64,000 bases of DNA from the NCBI RefSeq assembly GCF_964355755.1, contig NC_092670.1:16230795-16294794 (forward strand). Reading direction: 5' to 3'. Position 1 is the stretch's first letter, and every line of letters starts with the position of its first letter. Positions 1 through 14,400 of the stretch are shown piece by piece. The position numbers were made by a program, and so were the translations under genes. This DNA is from Antedon mediterranea (lineage: Eukaryota > Animalia > Echinodermata). The notes beneath the pieces were generated by a model that was not told the DNA's origin, did not search any database, and saw only the letters and a list, made by a program, of their open reading frames with translations.

Positions 1-1015
1 TGGTTAATTTCAATCAAAAACCCATTGGCTGGCAGCCAATTTTAAATTACATTTTGTTTTTTCTGTTCCAATTTTTGGTCAAAGTGGATTACTATTATGT
101 GACATTAAAATGAAATATTTAACAACATTTTGTTTAAAGAAATATTTTTACCTCTTTAACATAAAGAGAACTGAACATTTATTTTTATCTATATCATTAT
201 CATTGATACAGTTTATACATTAAAATCATTTCATTACTAAACATTTAGCAGATTAATTATGTTAACATGGTTGACATTATTTGATTCAATTCTCGGCAAA
301 AATGATTGATTGAAAGTTTTGGTAGACGTGTGGGGGCGCAATTCATTTTATATAGAATTGTTCCTTACAGAAGTATGAATAGTCTATACATTGATCGATA
401 ATCATTATAGACTAATGTACTATTATTTTTATTTTTGTAAATTCCATTATCGCGTATATTGTCAACCATGCTATCCCTTCCAAATACCCCTTCCCCCCCC
501 CCCCCCCCTACGCTTCATGTTGCTGGTTTGGTAGCGAATAATACTAATGGTCTATTTGAGTTCACAAGTTTAAAAAAGAGGAAGAAAGTAAAATAAAAGA
601 AAAATCAGACTATGAGAAGGTGAATCAAGATGGTGAGAGATAGAGACGCGTTTTAATATTACTCCGCCTTTTTTCTATTTAAAAATAGAAAAATACATAA
701 GTATAATATTATTAACGTTGTTCCATTTGTTAAATAAATTAACCCAATTCGAAATCGGCATGATTAAACCTACAATTAATATTATGTATGTATTCACACA
801 AATAACTACTATCATTATTATTGTATTAGTCTATTTTGTTCCGCGATTAAACGACGCTCTAGAGTGTAGTTAAAACCAACAAATATAATTATATTATTGA
901 AGAAGTTCCCGGTATATTCATTGTAGAGATTATAATAATATCGCCCACCGGGCAATGCCTTTTTTATTCTGCTTCCGTAGGTGATTGGAATCATCGTCAT
1001 ATTTTAGACCATTTA

Positions 1016-1462
1016 TACTGTAAAAATAGTGTTTAGATCTTAGGTATTTTGTACCCACTTTTTCTACACATTTAATCTTAAACATGTTTAGATATGAAAC
1101 ATGTTTAGGTTCTAAACACATTCTAAACATGTAGTCTGTATCCAACTCAACACATCAGTGACGTGTTGATTGTTAAACATATGGAGCAATATAAAACACG
1201 TTTAGGCTTTTTTCCGCCACAATAAAATCGTATGCACGCAACGCTAAACACGTACATAAACATGTTGACTGCTACTAGCATGTGGAGAAATTAAACATAC
1301 TATAGTGACATTACATGTTGACTGCTGCTAAACGAGTGAAGAAAAACAACATGTAGCTATAAATACGTTTAGGTTTTAAACACGTTAAACATGTAGCTAC
1401 GTGTTTAAAAGCTAAATGTGTGAGAAAAGTGGATACAAAATCTATACACTATTTTTACACTG
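1016..1462. mobile_element. MITE with CACTGTAAAAA-type TIRs (copy 1)
   Basis: Ends ACTGTAAAAATAGTGT / ACACTATTTTTACACTG. The interior is the reverse complement of 56283-56693. Confidence 0.8.
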
Positions 1463-2418
1463 CAAAATCATGGGCCAGCAGGCTTGGTAGTCGACGTTGA
1501 CATAGAAGTTTATAATAACAATGAATAAATTAAACAACAAATCGGTTAGTTAATACTGTTATTAAAATTGGAATAATAAGATCGCACAATCATTGTAATC
1601 AACTTTTATTGATTGAGAGTCGGCTATTAAATTTGAATTTAATAAGTAAACAGTAATTATGGAATATTAAACCTAAATATGAATTGAATAAAATTGTACT
1701 TGAGATTCAAATGATATTAAAGTGTAGACATTATATCTTCATTACGGCATAATGGTGTTATTACTTTTTATAATGGAAATTGGCACATGAAATTTAAAAT
1801 TCAAATTAAAACACATGAGATAGTGCATTAATTACAATCAGATCATTGACGATGTACAACAGGGACATATGTATTTATAATAATACTAATATATAAAGAG
1901 AGATAATAAATAAATAAATGCCTGTTTTTAACCAGGGACGAGTTAGGTTGTAATTTCACAGACACTCTTTCGTGAAAATGAACAATAATAATAATATCCA
2001 TACTGATATGATTTCTTCTTACTCAATATACATATAATCATATCGGGTTATCATAATACTTATATTTTGCGGCTCAGATTTAAAATTGTCTTTTAAAACA
2101 AAGAATCATTGCAGTCATGACAAAAATAGGTTGTCTCCTGTACACGTTACCGAACATGTTACGTTTTTTATTGTTATTAAGTCCAAATTCATTTATAAAG
2201 AGACAAATTACAAATCGAAAACATTCACTTGATACCGTATTACATTCAGTATTTCATTCGAATTTGTAGTTAATTATCGACGTTTTACGTGAGCGTCGAT
2301 TTCTCCTGTGCCAGGTTAGTTAAATAAATTGGGCAGATCTGAGTTATTAACCTGCCAACGAACATGTGTACAAAGTAAAGCAGGTTGATGAAATGAGATG
2401 AAACAAACTTCATTTTAG

Positions 2419-5400
2419 ATGAATTTGTCGATATTGCAAATCAGTGTAAGAAAGAGAGGTCGATATTTATTAAGCACATTTGAAAGTAAATATTGTCGTC
2501 ATGTAAGCTGTATAATATCGAATGGAAGCACCAAAAAACACTTAGCGAAGCTAGGCCCAGATAAACAAATAATTGATTGTGAAACGTGGCTATTATCGCG
2601 GTCAAGACTCAACAAAACCCAGTCGCTCATTAGAGAAAGCTTTGCACACCGTGGGCCTAGAGAATTTCGAACTTTCACAGCATCAAACCTGTGTTATGCG
2701 AAAGAAGACGGTAGTCTGCTAAAATTAATTGACAAAATGTCTGTCTATCAAACTGCCTCTTTCACGAAAAAGAGAAATAAACAACAACAACGACCAAAGC
2801 AGAGTATTGGAACATTTTCATTGCAGGTGATCGGTACAGGTTCCCTGGAATGCCCTCCTAGCATATTGGTCATTGCGAATTCAAACAGGTAACAATAAGG
2901 CCAAATTGAATAAAATATAAGGACATTTTTTGTAGAGTTATTTATTACACAAAAGACATTTTAAATTACCTGCTAGTCATTCTAATCTAAATCTGGTATC
3001 GCCCAGGTAGGGTTTCATGATGAAAAATGATATCAAGCACATGTTACTAACTAATAGTAAATTTAACTTTATATATATATATATATATATGTATTGTTCT
3101 TTCCAGAAACAAGTTAAAATAACATTGATAAAATTTTTAACATGACACCCCCTGCCAGGCCAAATTTGTATAACCTCGGCCATTCATATGAGTGCCCAAG
3201 TGGAACATCTTGAGCTTGCTTGTATTTGCTACATAAACTCTTTTAGAATTTAACATTTTCAAACCCCCCATAATAAATATATTTAGGCCCCTAACATTGT
3301 ATTTTATTTTATTATAGTGATTTACTTTTCGCTAAATAAGTATTTAATTTGAAGATATTTTGCTGGGTTTTTTTTATACCATAGGTACCTGTTTAATTGT
3401 GGGGAAGGGGTTCAACGACTACTAATGGAAAATGGGTAAGAACTTAATTTGCCATTTTATTAGATATCATTACATCATCAATATTGATCATAAAGATCTG
3501 ATTACATAATCATAATCATTGTTATCATAAATGTTCTTATAGTTTACAGTAATATTGTTATCATAAATGTTCTTATAATATTGTTATCATAAATGTTCTT
3601 ATAATATTGTTATCATAAATGTTCTTATAATATTGTTATCATAAATGTTCTTATAATATTGTTATCATAAATGTTCTTATAATATTGTTATCATAAATGT
3701 TCTTATAATATTGTTATCATAAATTTTCTTATAGTATTGTTATCATAAATGTTCTTATAATATTGTTATCATAAATGTTCTTATAATATTGTTATCATAA
3801 ATGTTCTTATAATATTGTTATCATAAATGTTCTTATAATATTGTTATCATAAATGTTCTTATAATATTGTTATCATAAATGTTCTTATAATATTGTTATC
3901 ATAAATGTTCTTATAATATTGTTATCATAAATTTTCTTATAGTATTGTTATCATAAATGTTCTTATAATATTGTTATCATAAATGTTCTTATAATATTGT
4001 TATCATAAATGTTCTTATAATATTGTTATCATAAATGTTCTTATAATATTGTTATCATAAATGTTCTTATAATATTGTTATCATACATGTTCTTATAATA
4101 TTGTTATCATAAATGTTCTTATAATATTGTTATCATAAATGTTCTTATAATATTGTTATCATAAATGTTCTTATAATATTGTTATCATAAATGTTCTTAT
4201 AATATTGTTATCATAAATGTTCTTTTAATATTGTTATCATAAATTTTCTTATAATATTGTTATCATACATGTTCTTATAATATTGTTATCATAAATGTTC
4301 TTATAATATTGTTATCATAAATGTTCTTATAATATTGTTATCATAAATGTTCTTTTAATATTGTTATCATACATGTTCTTATAATATTATCATAAATGTT
4401 CTTATAATATTGTTATCATAAATGTTCTTATAATATTGTTATCATAAATGTTCTTATAATATTGTTATCATAAATGTTCTTATAATATTGTTATCATAAA
4501 TGTTCTTATAATATTGTTATCATAAATGTTCTTATAATATTGTTATCATACATGTTCTTATAATATTGTTATCATAAATTTTCTTATAGTATTGTTATCA
4601 TAAATGTTCTTATAATATTGTTATCATAAATGTTCTTATAATATTGTTATCATAAATTTTCTTATAATATTGTAATCATAAATGTTCTTATAATATTGTA
4701 ATCATAAATGTTCTTATAATATTGTTATCATACATGTTCTTATAATATTGTTATCATAAATGTTCTTTGTTTAAACGTTTCTTTGTTTAGGGTGAAGAAT
4801 ATTTCAAGATTAGAACATGTTTTTTTGACCAAAATGCATTGGGAAAACATTGGAGGTCTGATAGGTAATCAACTTCAGTGTTTTAAAATGAATCTTTTAA
4901 TAGTAAATAAATAGGTTTAGTTTGTGTGGTGCACCATGTAAGGAATAATATTTAATTTGGGAAAATTGAATGATATACAAATAATGAATGTTTATGTGTT
5001 GGATGGTAATACTTCATGAGTTGAAAGTTTGAAATATTGCTCTACAAAAATGTTACTTAAATGAGTGTCATTTCTGTAATACAAAACAAAAAATAGATGG
5101 CGCTATTGAATTTCATGCCGAGATGTTTTTTTTTTCAGATAATTTTTATTGTGCCTGGGATAATTTCTTTTTTTGTACAAAAAAAGCTGAATCGCATATA
5201 ATGTCAATAGCGTCCAGTAGTGCAGACTTTTACATGCCATGTGACCTACAACCATCCAATCAAATGACAAGAATATATTTAGGTGTTATAAATAAAACAC
5301 TTTATTGTTATTATCTTCTTTATTAAATTTTTATGCTAGATTTTATCCATATTTTAGGTATGACAATTACTCTGAAGAATATTGGTCTGCCAAAAGTTTA

Positions 5401-8400
5401 CTATCATGGTCCGCCAAATATGGTATGTCAAAATGATTATATTTCCTAAATTAGTGGTATAAATCACTAAATACAACATACAAGCATACAATAAGTTCAC
5501 CAAAAGTTACTGAGATTTTTGTTGGGTAACCAATCCCGTGCTCTTCTGGCATAATTACATTGTGTACAAAATACAGAGTTTAGCTATACATACAGAATGG
5601 TAATCAACTCCCTCATTTATCTTCTTTTAAAGCAAAACTTTGTTGATGCCCTACAAATATTCGCAAAGCATGAGACAATAAACATAAGTAAGTATGATAA
5701 TTTCTCTAACAAAGCAATAGCTGTAAATTATACTGCAGTAATTGCAGTAAACTATATATATTATTATTATATTGATTGCATACAGTAATTAATATATACC
5801 TAGTTACTTTTACATTTAGGTCTACGCCCTTACACAGATGGAGTATTTGAAACTGAATATATGAAAGTTACACCGGTTGCTATTTTTGGTAAGTACGTTA
5901 GGTTTGAGTCCATGATACAGGTGTCACATGTGAAACACAAGAAGCTGAATATGGATACAACACTAAGCACTGGCTGTCACAGTCAGCAATTTGCTTTTGC
6001 GATAGTACAGTATCTTTATCTTATTCTTTATGAGACAATAACGACTTTAATGCCCTACAAGTTTCACAGATATTAACTAAATAATCGTTAGATTATGCAC
6101 TTACAGCCTTGTTGAACTAAACATCAAAGCAACATTTTAATATAGCATCAAGCAAATGTTGCTTTTATAATAGACTTGCATCATTGACCTTGGTTTAAAA
6201 AAATTTGTATGAAATGTGAGGTTTCTTTTTTTTAATTATATTGTTTGTTTTTTTTTCAAGAATAGGTCAACGTACGATTATAATAGGAAGAACTTTGTAA
6301 TTATTTGTTATATACAAAGTAATGTATTGAGGCCAATAACTATCGCATTGCCTGTGGTTATCTCTTAGTGTAGTGATCTCAAAGCTATACTGAATATTGT
6401 AATATTAATATTAAAATTATTGAATTAAAAGTTTGGCGTGTATATTAAAATTTGATGAAGCCATTACAATAGTTCCTTTTACCTTCTCATCCTCGGAACA
6501 ATCTCAGAGATAAAAATTTTTTTCCAATGCCTTGAACAGATTTTAACATTTTCAATTACTACAAAATCCTCTTTTTTTTTAAAGAAAATCAATCAGAATC
6601 TAATGATTCAGTTCAAACGACAACCAGGCATTCTGAAAGTACTAGTGATTCCATTGAGAGTAGTGGAAGAACCACTCCTTCAAAAGCAACTTCACCAGAT
6701 GTAGCTACTACTACAGAGAGATCACCAGATGATAGGCCAACTACTTTAAGTGATGTTGTCTTAAATATGAATGTTAAACAGAGCTTGCCTAGTGAGTGAA
6801 TTCGTCATTGACCAAAAACAGTTTAATTTTCAATATATTTTTAAATAAAACAATATTATGTTATTATATATTAGTTGTTATAGTAGAAATATAATAAAGT
6901 GTTTATTAAATCCACTGAATGTCACTGATAAAAATACACAATTCACTAGAATATAGGCAGAAGAAAGATTGAGTGGTAAATGTTCTTTGCATTTTTGAAT
7001 TAATCATAGAATAGCATTAAATATGTCTTATCTGCTCTAATAGCAGTTGGCAGATTCAAATAATTCTATGTGAAAAAAAATATTTTTCAAATAAATAACT
7101 AGGATTAAAAAGTTGATTTGATTGATATTGAAATTACTAACTGATTATATGATTGATGACCCGACTAAAGTATTTTCATGATTGATCTTTCACCTGTGAT
7201 AGATATGCAAATTAGTGTAGTTATGCAAATTAGTTATGCAAATTAGATGTGGTGATTGATTCACATAAGTTTCAAGGATTGATTGGTTGATTGAGTGTTT
7301 AGCAAAATGAATTATATTTTAACGTATTTCGAAAACCTGGGTTAGATTTATATAGGTATACGTTATTAAAAACATTTCTAGCAGTTGATTGATTGATTTT
7401 ATTTACAGGTGCAAAGAAAAAGAGGTCGAGTCCTAATCTTACAGTAGCCTACATATGCAAGGTAAGTGTATGCGATGCATGTGCATCATTTTTGTCAAGT
7501 TCATTCAGCGTTTAAAACAATTTGTGAATGTAGTATATATGTGACTCTGTTGCTACTTTTGAGGAAAGTAAATGGTTACAGGTGTAGTGAAATTGTTAAC
7601 ATGATTGAGTTATAAAGGCAAAGCCTGTGGTCAGGATAGTTGTTTTTTTGCACAAAAGGGGAACGAAATTAAGATACTGTAGGCTAGTTAGGCCTTTTTA
7701 CCATTAGTCAAAAAAAGGCACAAATCCAGCTGGCTACAGGCTTGTCTAATAAAAAAAAAAAAAAAAATGTTTCAGTGTCATACTTGAAAGACGAGCCAAT
7801 GAGAGTAAAGCATCTTGCTCCTTACCAAAGGACGTACAGTAGGCCATCATATTGCTGTCGACTCTTCAAGTACCAGAATTTTTTTGTCTCGCATTTAAAA
7901 AAAAATGAATTTAATTAATTTTAATTAAAAACAATAAAAAATACCAGAATTTCTGGAAAAACAGACAAGATTGGTATACTCTATATTGAGAGAGTAGACT
8001 TTGAAACTTGTTTACAAAAAAAAGTTTTTTTTGTAATCCTAAAGTATGACTTTTAAAAGCTATATATATAATAAATAAAATCACTGTAATAAATTCTAAA
8101 CCTATATTTCTTCAATTTATAGGTTCCCAAACGAACAAGAAGCGTAATCATTGAAAAAGCTTTAGCTTTAGGCCTTCCACCGTAAGTGCTTATTCTTTTT
8201 ATCATCGTATTATATTGCAATAAATTTGCGTTTTCACAAGATGAGTGTTTCTTCAGTCTACTAACTCTATCATAATCTGCGATTCTAATTCTCTCATGAA
8301 GCCGTCCGGTGCCAGCTATACAAATAAAATCTGACGTAAATTTGCGAGGATACGTAATTGTCGATTAGATGTGTCGTAATAACACTTGTTGTTTTTATGC

Positions 8401-11400
8401 AACATTTACTGCGTAGCTTTGAACTTGGTTTTATGTCTTAAGGGAATCATTTAACAGTGTTTTTGAAATATCCCTCCATTGAATCTGAACAGAAGAATGG
8501 CAAAAGAAATTAAAAAGAAGTTATAAGGGTGCGAAGAAATCAACGAAACACCCTTGCTGCACTATTAATAGTATCATTCTCACGGGATTATAACAGCCAG
8601 CGTAGTTTTCAGACAATTTTTATGTATATAATTTTTTCTGGCGGAAAGCACATAATTGTGTTAAAATGTGTGTTAAATGTAATTTAGACTGTAATGAAGA
8701 AATTGAGAAGAGATCTATTTAGAAGTCGGAAATGTAAAGTTGATGAGGACACCTTATAATGGATGATGATTTTGATAAATTGTTGATGTTTTTGACCCAG
8801 AATAACCAACACATTTTTTTCAGAATTTTGCATCGTAATTTTGTCATATTGAGAATATCTTGATGCTTTTTAAAGGTCAAATGATCCTGTAGATGAATTT
8901 ATTCCTTCAAGGCCTAGAACAACAAGGCATCATTCTTCTGTCTCTTTTGAGGCCTAAGTGTCTAATTTCAACAACTGCTTTAAATTTAATGATAAATTTC
9001 TTTATTTGAGATGGAATGTTTAAATGTTTGTGCTTGTGTGATATGCATACTCATAATGTTATCTGACTATATGTTGTTATACTTAGAAAGATATTAAATA
9101 TAAATCATTATATTATTATTACTTTTTATTTCAGAGGTCCAAAATATACAGAACTAAAAAATGGCTTCACAGTAAAAACAGAATCTGGACAAGAGGTAAT
9201 TATTTAGTTCAGCTTTCTTCAGTAAAATAAAACAGACACTAAAATAAAAATACTTTACTGCAGTAGTGACAAGATTGTTGCAGTAAGCTAACATACTGCA
9301 GAAGATTAATATTGTAGAATAGTACTTTATCACAATAAAGACAATATAATCACTTGTTTTGAACATCCCTCTATTCAGGTGACACCCATTAAGGGGACAC
9401 TTTGCAGTAAAACAGACAAAGAGAAATATATGTTTTAAAAGTATAGCTAAATCCTATTTAGAGGAAACACCTATTAAGGTGACACTTTCCTGTAAAACGG
9501 ACAAGGATAAATATATGTTTTAAAAGTATTAGCTAACTCTTATTTAAGGAAACACCTATTAAGGTGACACTTTGTTGGATAACAGCACAAATAAAAATGT
9601 GCTAAAGCACTCATAGAAATTTGTTTCACAACTTGAATCATTTTACTTCACAAGTTTGTACAAATGTGCTGTGTAATTTGCTCTTATTTATTCTATTGTT
9701 GTTCTTTAATGAATGTTAATAGGATGATGATACCTCTGACCTTGATTGTGATTGACTAAGCAATCTAACAGTCTTTGACGTTGATTTATCATGTTAATTA
9801 TCACCTCTCTTATGGATTTGTCTAACGAGCTATACTATTAATGTTGCCAAAATATATGCAGAGATAACTTTATCTTTGTTAAATTGTATATAATTATATT
9901 AATGTTTCGATAATCACAGGCAGAATTTTTAAAGTGTTTTGTGTATTCGTTTGAACGTGTGACACTTGGCTTAATTCCTTTTGAGATGAGTTATATCTTT
10001 GTTAAAATGTTACCTAATGCTAATTTATATGCAGCTAAAACGTTAATATCAATAGAATCTGATTAATGAAAAGTTCTGGAATTTGTTAATATTATTAAGC
10101 TCTGTCTACACTGTCAAAGTTTATGTGACCCAAAAAATATGATGTGCCCATATATGGACATGATGATGTCATGTCCCTACCCATCACACTTTTGATAGTG
10201 TAGACAGAGCTTATATGGGATAGCGGACTCATTTGAGTTCCGGCATACATACTTAAAATGCCTTCCTAATTTATTTTATATATGTTATATTGTTTGCTAC
10301 AGTTTGTAATTATGCTGGTCGAATAACCAAATTGATTAAGTATATTACAATTTAGTATAGAATATCATTTAATAGTTTTTTGTTTTGTTCTTAGGTTAAT
10401 CCAGATGATGTTCTTGGTCCAGATATTCCTAGTCATCCATTCATAGGTTAGATTTTAAATATTAAATAACATTTATCTTTTTGAAATCAGAAAATAAAAT
10501 CAATTTAATTAGCATATTTGGTTTGTATAGAATTATCATTATAATAATTAATATAATTAACTTAATTTTCATTACATTTCTAGTGCTACAGTGCCCGTCG
10601 ATTAATTACCTTGATTCACTCTGCCAAAATGAAGCACTACAAAGGTATGTTAAATAAAAACAACATCTTTGATGATTTGTGGCCTAGCCTGGGGAATTGT
10701 GAAATGAGAAAGAAGCTATGAAGGCAGGAGTACAGTGGGGATGTGGAAGTAGGATTTGGGGCCTAGCCTGGGGAATTGTGAAATGAGAAAGAAGCTAGGA
10801 GGGAATATATTGAGAATAGCTATGAAGGCAGAAGGACAGTGGGACTGTGGAAGTAGGATTTGTGGCCTGGGGAATTGTGAAATGAGAAAGAAGCTAGGAG
10901 GAAAGTTTAGATTGAGAATAGCTATGAAGCCATGAGGACAGTGGGGCTGTGGAAGTAGGATTTGCTGAGGTTTTGGCCTGAAGAATGGTGAAATGAGAAA
11001 GAAGATAGGAGGGAAGGGTAGATTGAGAATAACTGTAGCTATGAAGGCTGGAGAACAGTGGGGCTGGGAGTAGGATTTACTTTAATCAAAGGATGTAACT
11101 GATATGATTCAAATAATATATGTTATTAACTTATTTTTGCAGGTGTCAGGCTGGGGATGGTGAAGACTCTGCAAGGTTTATTATCCATATTACACCATCA
11201 GAAGTTATCCAGCATCCCCGCTATAAAGACTGGATGAAAAGGTATGTAATCTTTATTGCAGCTACCAACATATTTCTTAAGCGTGGTTCCCACTAGGGAC
11301 GCAACGCAAGGACGTAAAGCAACGCAAGTGAATTGACCAATCACAAGCGATGGCTTATTCGCTTGTGATTGCTAACTGTCTATAACTTCGCTTCTCATTG

Positions 11401-14400
11401 GTTAAAACGCTTGCGTTGCGTTTACGTCCTTGCAACATGACTTTACCTGTACATTACTATATATTTTAATGTCATTCTTTGTGTTTTTTGGATTTGGTGA
11501 AATATAATAAATAATGAATTGTTTAATTTGATATTACTGTATTTACTTTACTTGGATAGATTTCACCCCGAGGCTGAGCATTTAATCGTAAACAACTGCC
11601 AGGTCAGTGCATCTCACGAGTCGGCAAGGGGTTTACAGGCTAAACTGAACCTGATGCACCCTCAGATATTTCCCTTGCTGTATGAGCCTAAGAGGATAGA
11701 TCTGGGCTTGGATGACAATAGTTTGAAGGTTGTACAAGCCGAGACATACATGAGGTATCATATCTACCCTCCTACAGGAGTTGATAGGTAGGATTTCTGT
11801 TGTACACTATAACATTCATTATTGATTTTACATAGAAGCACAAATTAGCAGATTCTTCCACTGAATATAAAATTGTAATTTTAATGTATTGAGAAATACA
11901 GCCTCTTTTGTGAAATCATAAATTGTATTATTTTAACTTGTGTTACTAATATACTTTGCAATGAAGGTTGTCCATGACAGTTGACATATACTGTACATTA
12001 CTGTATCAGAGAGCCTGGGTACAGTATAACATTTCGCTAAAAATTAGGGATGGGATTATATTCAGACATGAGATTATACTCAAACATGAGATTATACTCA
12101 AACATGGGATTATACTCAAACATGGGATTATACTCAAACATGAGATTATACTCAAACATGAGATTATACTCAAACATGAGATTATACTCAAACATGGGAT
12201 TATACTCAAACATGAGATTATACTCAAACATGAGATTATACTCAAACATGGGATTATACTCAAACATGGGATTATACTCAAACAGAAGGTTGGTTTAATA
12301 CTTTGCTTTTCAGGTGTGTTCAGGAAAGTTTACTGAATTAATACTTTTATTAATACTTAATAAATACTATTATTTCATTTACAGAAGTTTAGTTCCAACC
12401 TTAAACACTGAACCATACATAAAAGAAGCTAAAGAAATGGAACACTTTTTGGAAGATTTAGACACATTTAAAGCAAGTGAAGGAAGTGGAACTGTACAAA
12501 AAGAAACTGTTAAATACCCAGAAGTGGTTTTTTTAGGAACGGGATCAGCAATGCCAAATAAGGAAAGAAATGTTAGTTGTGTGATGTTGAATTTAAGGTA
12601 ATGATTCATGTCTTACTACAGTTACACTTCTACCTATTTTATTGCCATATTTACTATTTTATATAGATAGAATTATCATTTTTAATTCTACTAACTACTT
12701 CACTCTAGTACATTCAATCTATTATATTCACTCTATTACATTCACTCTACTGTACATTCACCCTATTACATTCACTCTACTGTACATTCACTCTATTACA
12801 TTCACTCTACTGTACATTCACTCTATTACATTCAATCTATTACATTCACTCTATTACATTCACTCTACTGTACATTCACTCTACTGTACATTCACTCTAT
12901 TACATTCACTCTATTACTGTACATTCACTCTATTACATTCAATCTATTACATTCACTCTATTACATTTACTCTATTACATTCAATCTATTACATTCACTC
13001 TATTACATTTACTCTATTACATTCACTCTATTACATTCACTCTACTGTAAATCCACTCTTACATTAATTCTCATGCATTCACTCTATTACATTGTTCTAC
13101 ATTCACTCTATTACATTGTTCTACATTCACTGTATTACATTTGTTCTACATTCACTCTATTACATTTGTTATACATTCACTCTATTACATTCACTCTATT
13201 ACATTTGTTCTACATTCACTCTATTACATTTGTTCTACATTCACTCTATTACATTCACTCTATTACATTTGTTCTACATTCACTCTATTACATTGTTCTA
13301 CATTCACTCTATTACATTGTTCTACATTCACTCTATTACATTCACTCTATTACATTTGTTCTACATTCACTCTATTACATTTGTTCTACATTCACTCTAT
13401 TACATTTGTTCTACATTCACTCTATTACATTCACTCTATTACATTTGTTCTACATTCACTCTATTACATTTGTTCTACATTCACTCTATTACATTTGTTC
13501 TACATTCACTCTATTACATTTGTTCTACATTCACTCTATTACATTTGTTCTACATTCACTCTATTACATTCACTCTATTACATTCACTCTACATTTACTT
13601 AATTACATTTGTTCTACATTCACTATATTACATTCACTCTATTGCATTCGCACTATTACATGATTGACAAAATGATTAAAATTTAAATGATACTATTGTT
13701 ATTCATGCAGTTTGGTTTTTTTTTTATATAAATGTTTTTGTTGAATTTTTTTATTTTTTATTCATAAATTCTGATAAAGATGTATGTCACCTGTTCATGT
13801 TTTTTTTTCTCCAGTAAAGATCAAAGCATGATATTAGATGCAGGTGAGGGGTCATTTGCGCAGATGTTTCGTTTCTATGGTAGCGACCTTGATGATGTTT
13901 TGTTCAATGTTCAGTGTATTTTTATCTCGCATATGCATGCTGATCACCATGCGGTACGTCTCATTTGCATTTTTATTATACTTAAAATATGGTAATAATA
14001 ATATGCATTTTTGTTTATGATAATAAAAAGCATATCCGTTTTATATTTTACAGGGTTTGATTAAAATTCTAAAACATTGGAAAAATGTTGTGGTATGTTT
14101 TATTATTGTTTTTTTTTTATATATGTATAGCTTTAGACAAAATGTTATCAGAAGCCATTCACTCCAGCTGAGAGTTTTTACTATCTAAATTTTACCTGAC
14201 TTCTCAGTTCGAGCAATGGAGAATATAATGTAATGCGACATTTATATAGCGCTATGATAATTGAATTTCATTTTTATTTATTTATTGCCCGTATTTGCAG
14301 ATCTTGATTTAAAAGGCTAGTTATGTGAACCTTGTTGACTTACTAATAAAACTAATTGAACTAAACTCACTGGCTAAATCTAGTGGCCCCGGAGCTTATG

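Noticed and set aside
510-1010. Purine-rich short open frames upstream of ELAC2
   Set aside because: No recognisable homology or convincing splice-site pair; not supportable as exons.
11968-13667. Repetitive ORFs ([13 protein letters not shown], etc.)
   Set aside because: Products of 18-bp and 14/11-bp minisatellites inside ELAC2 introns.
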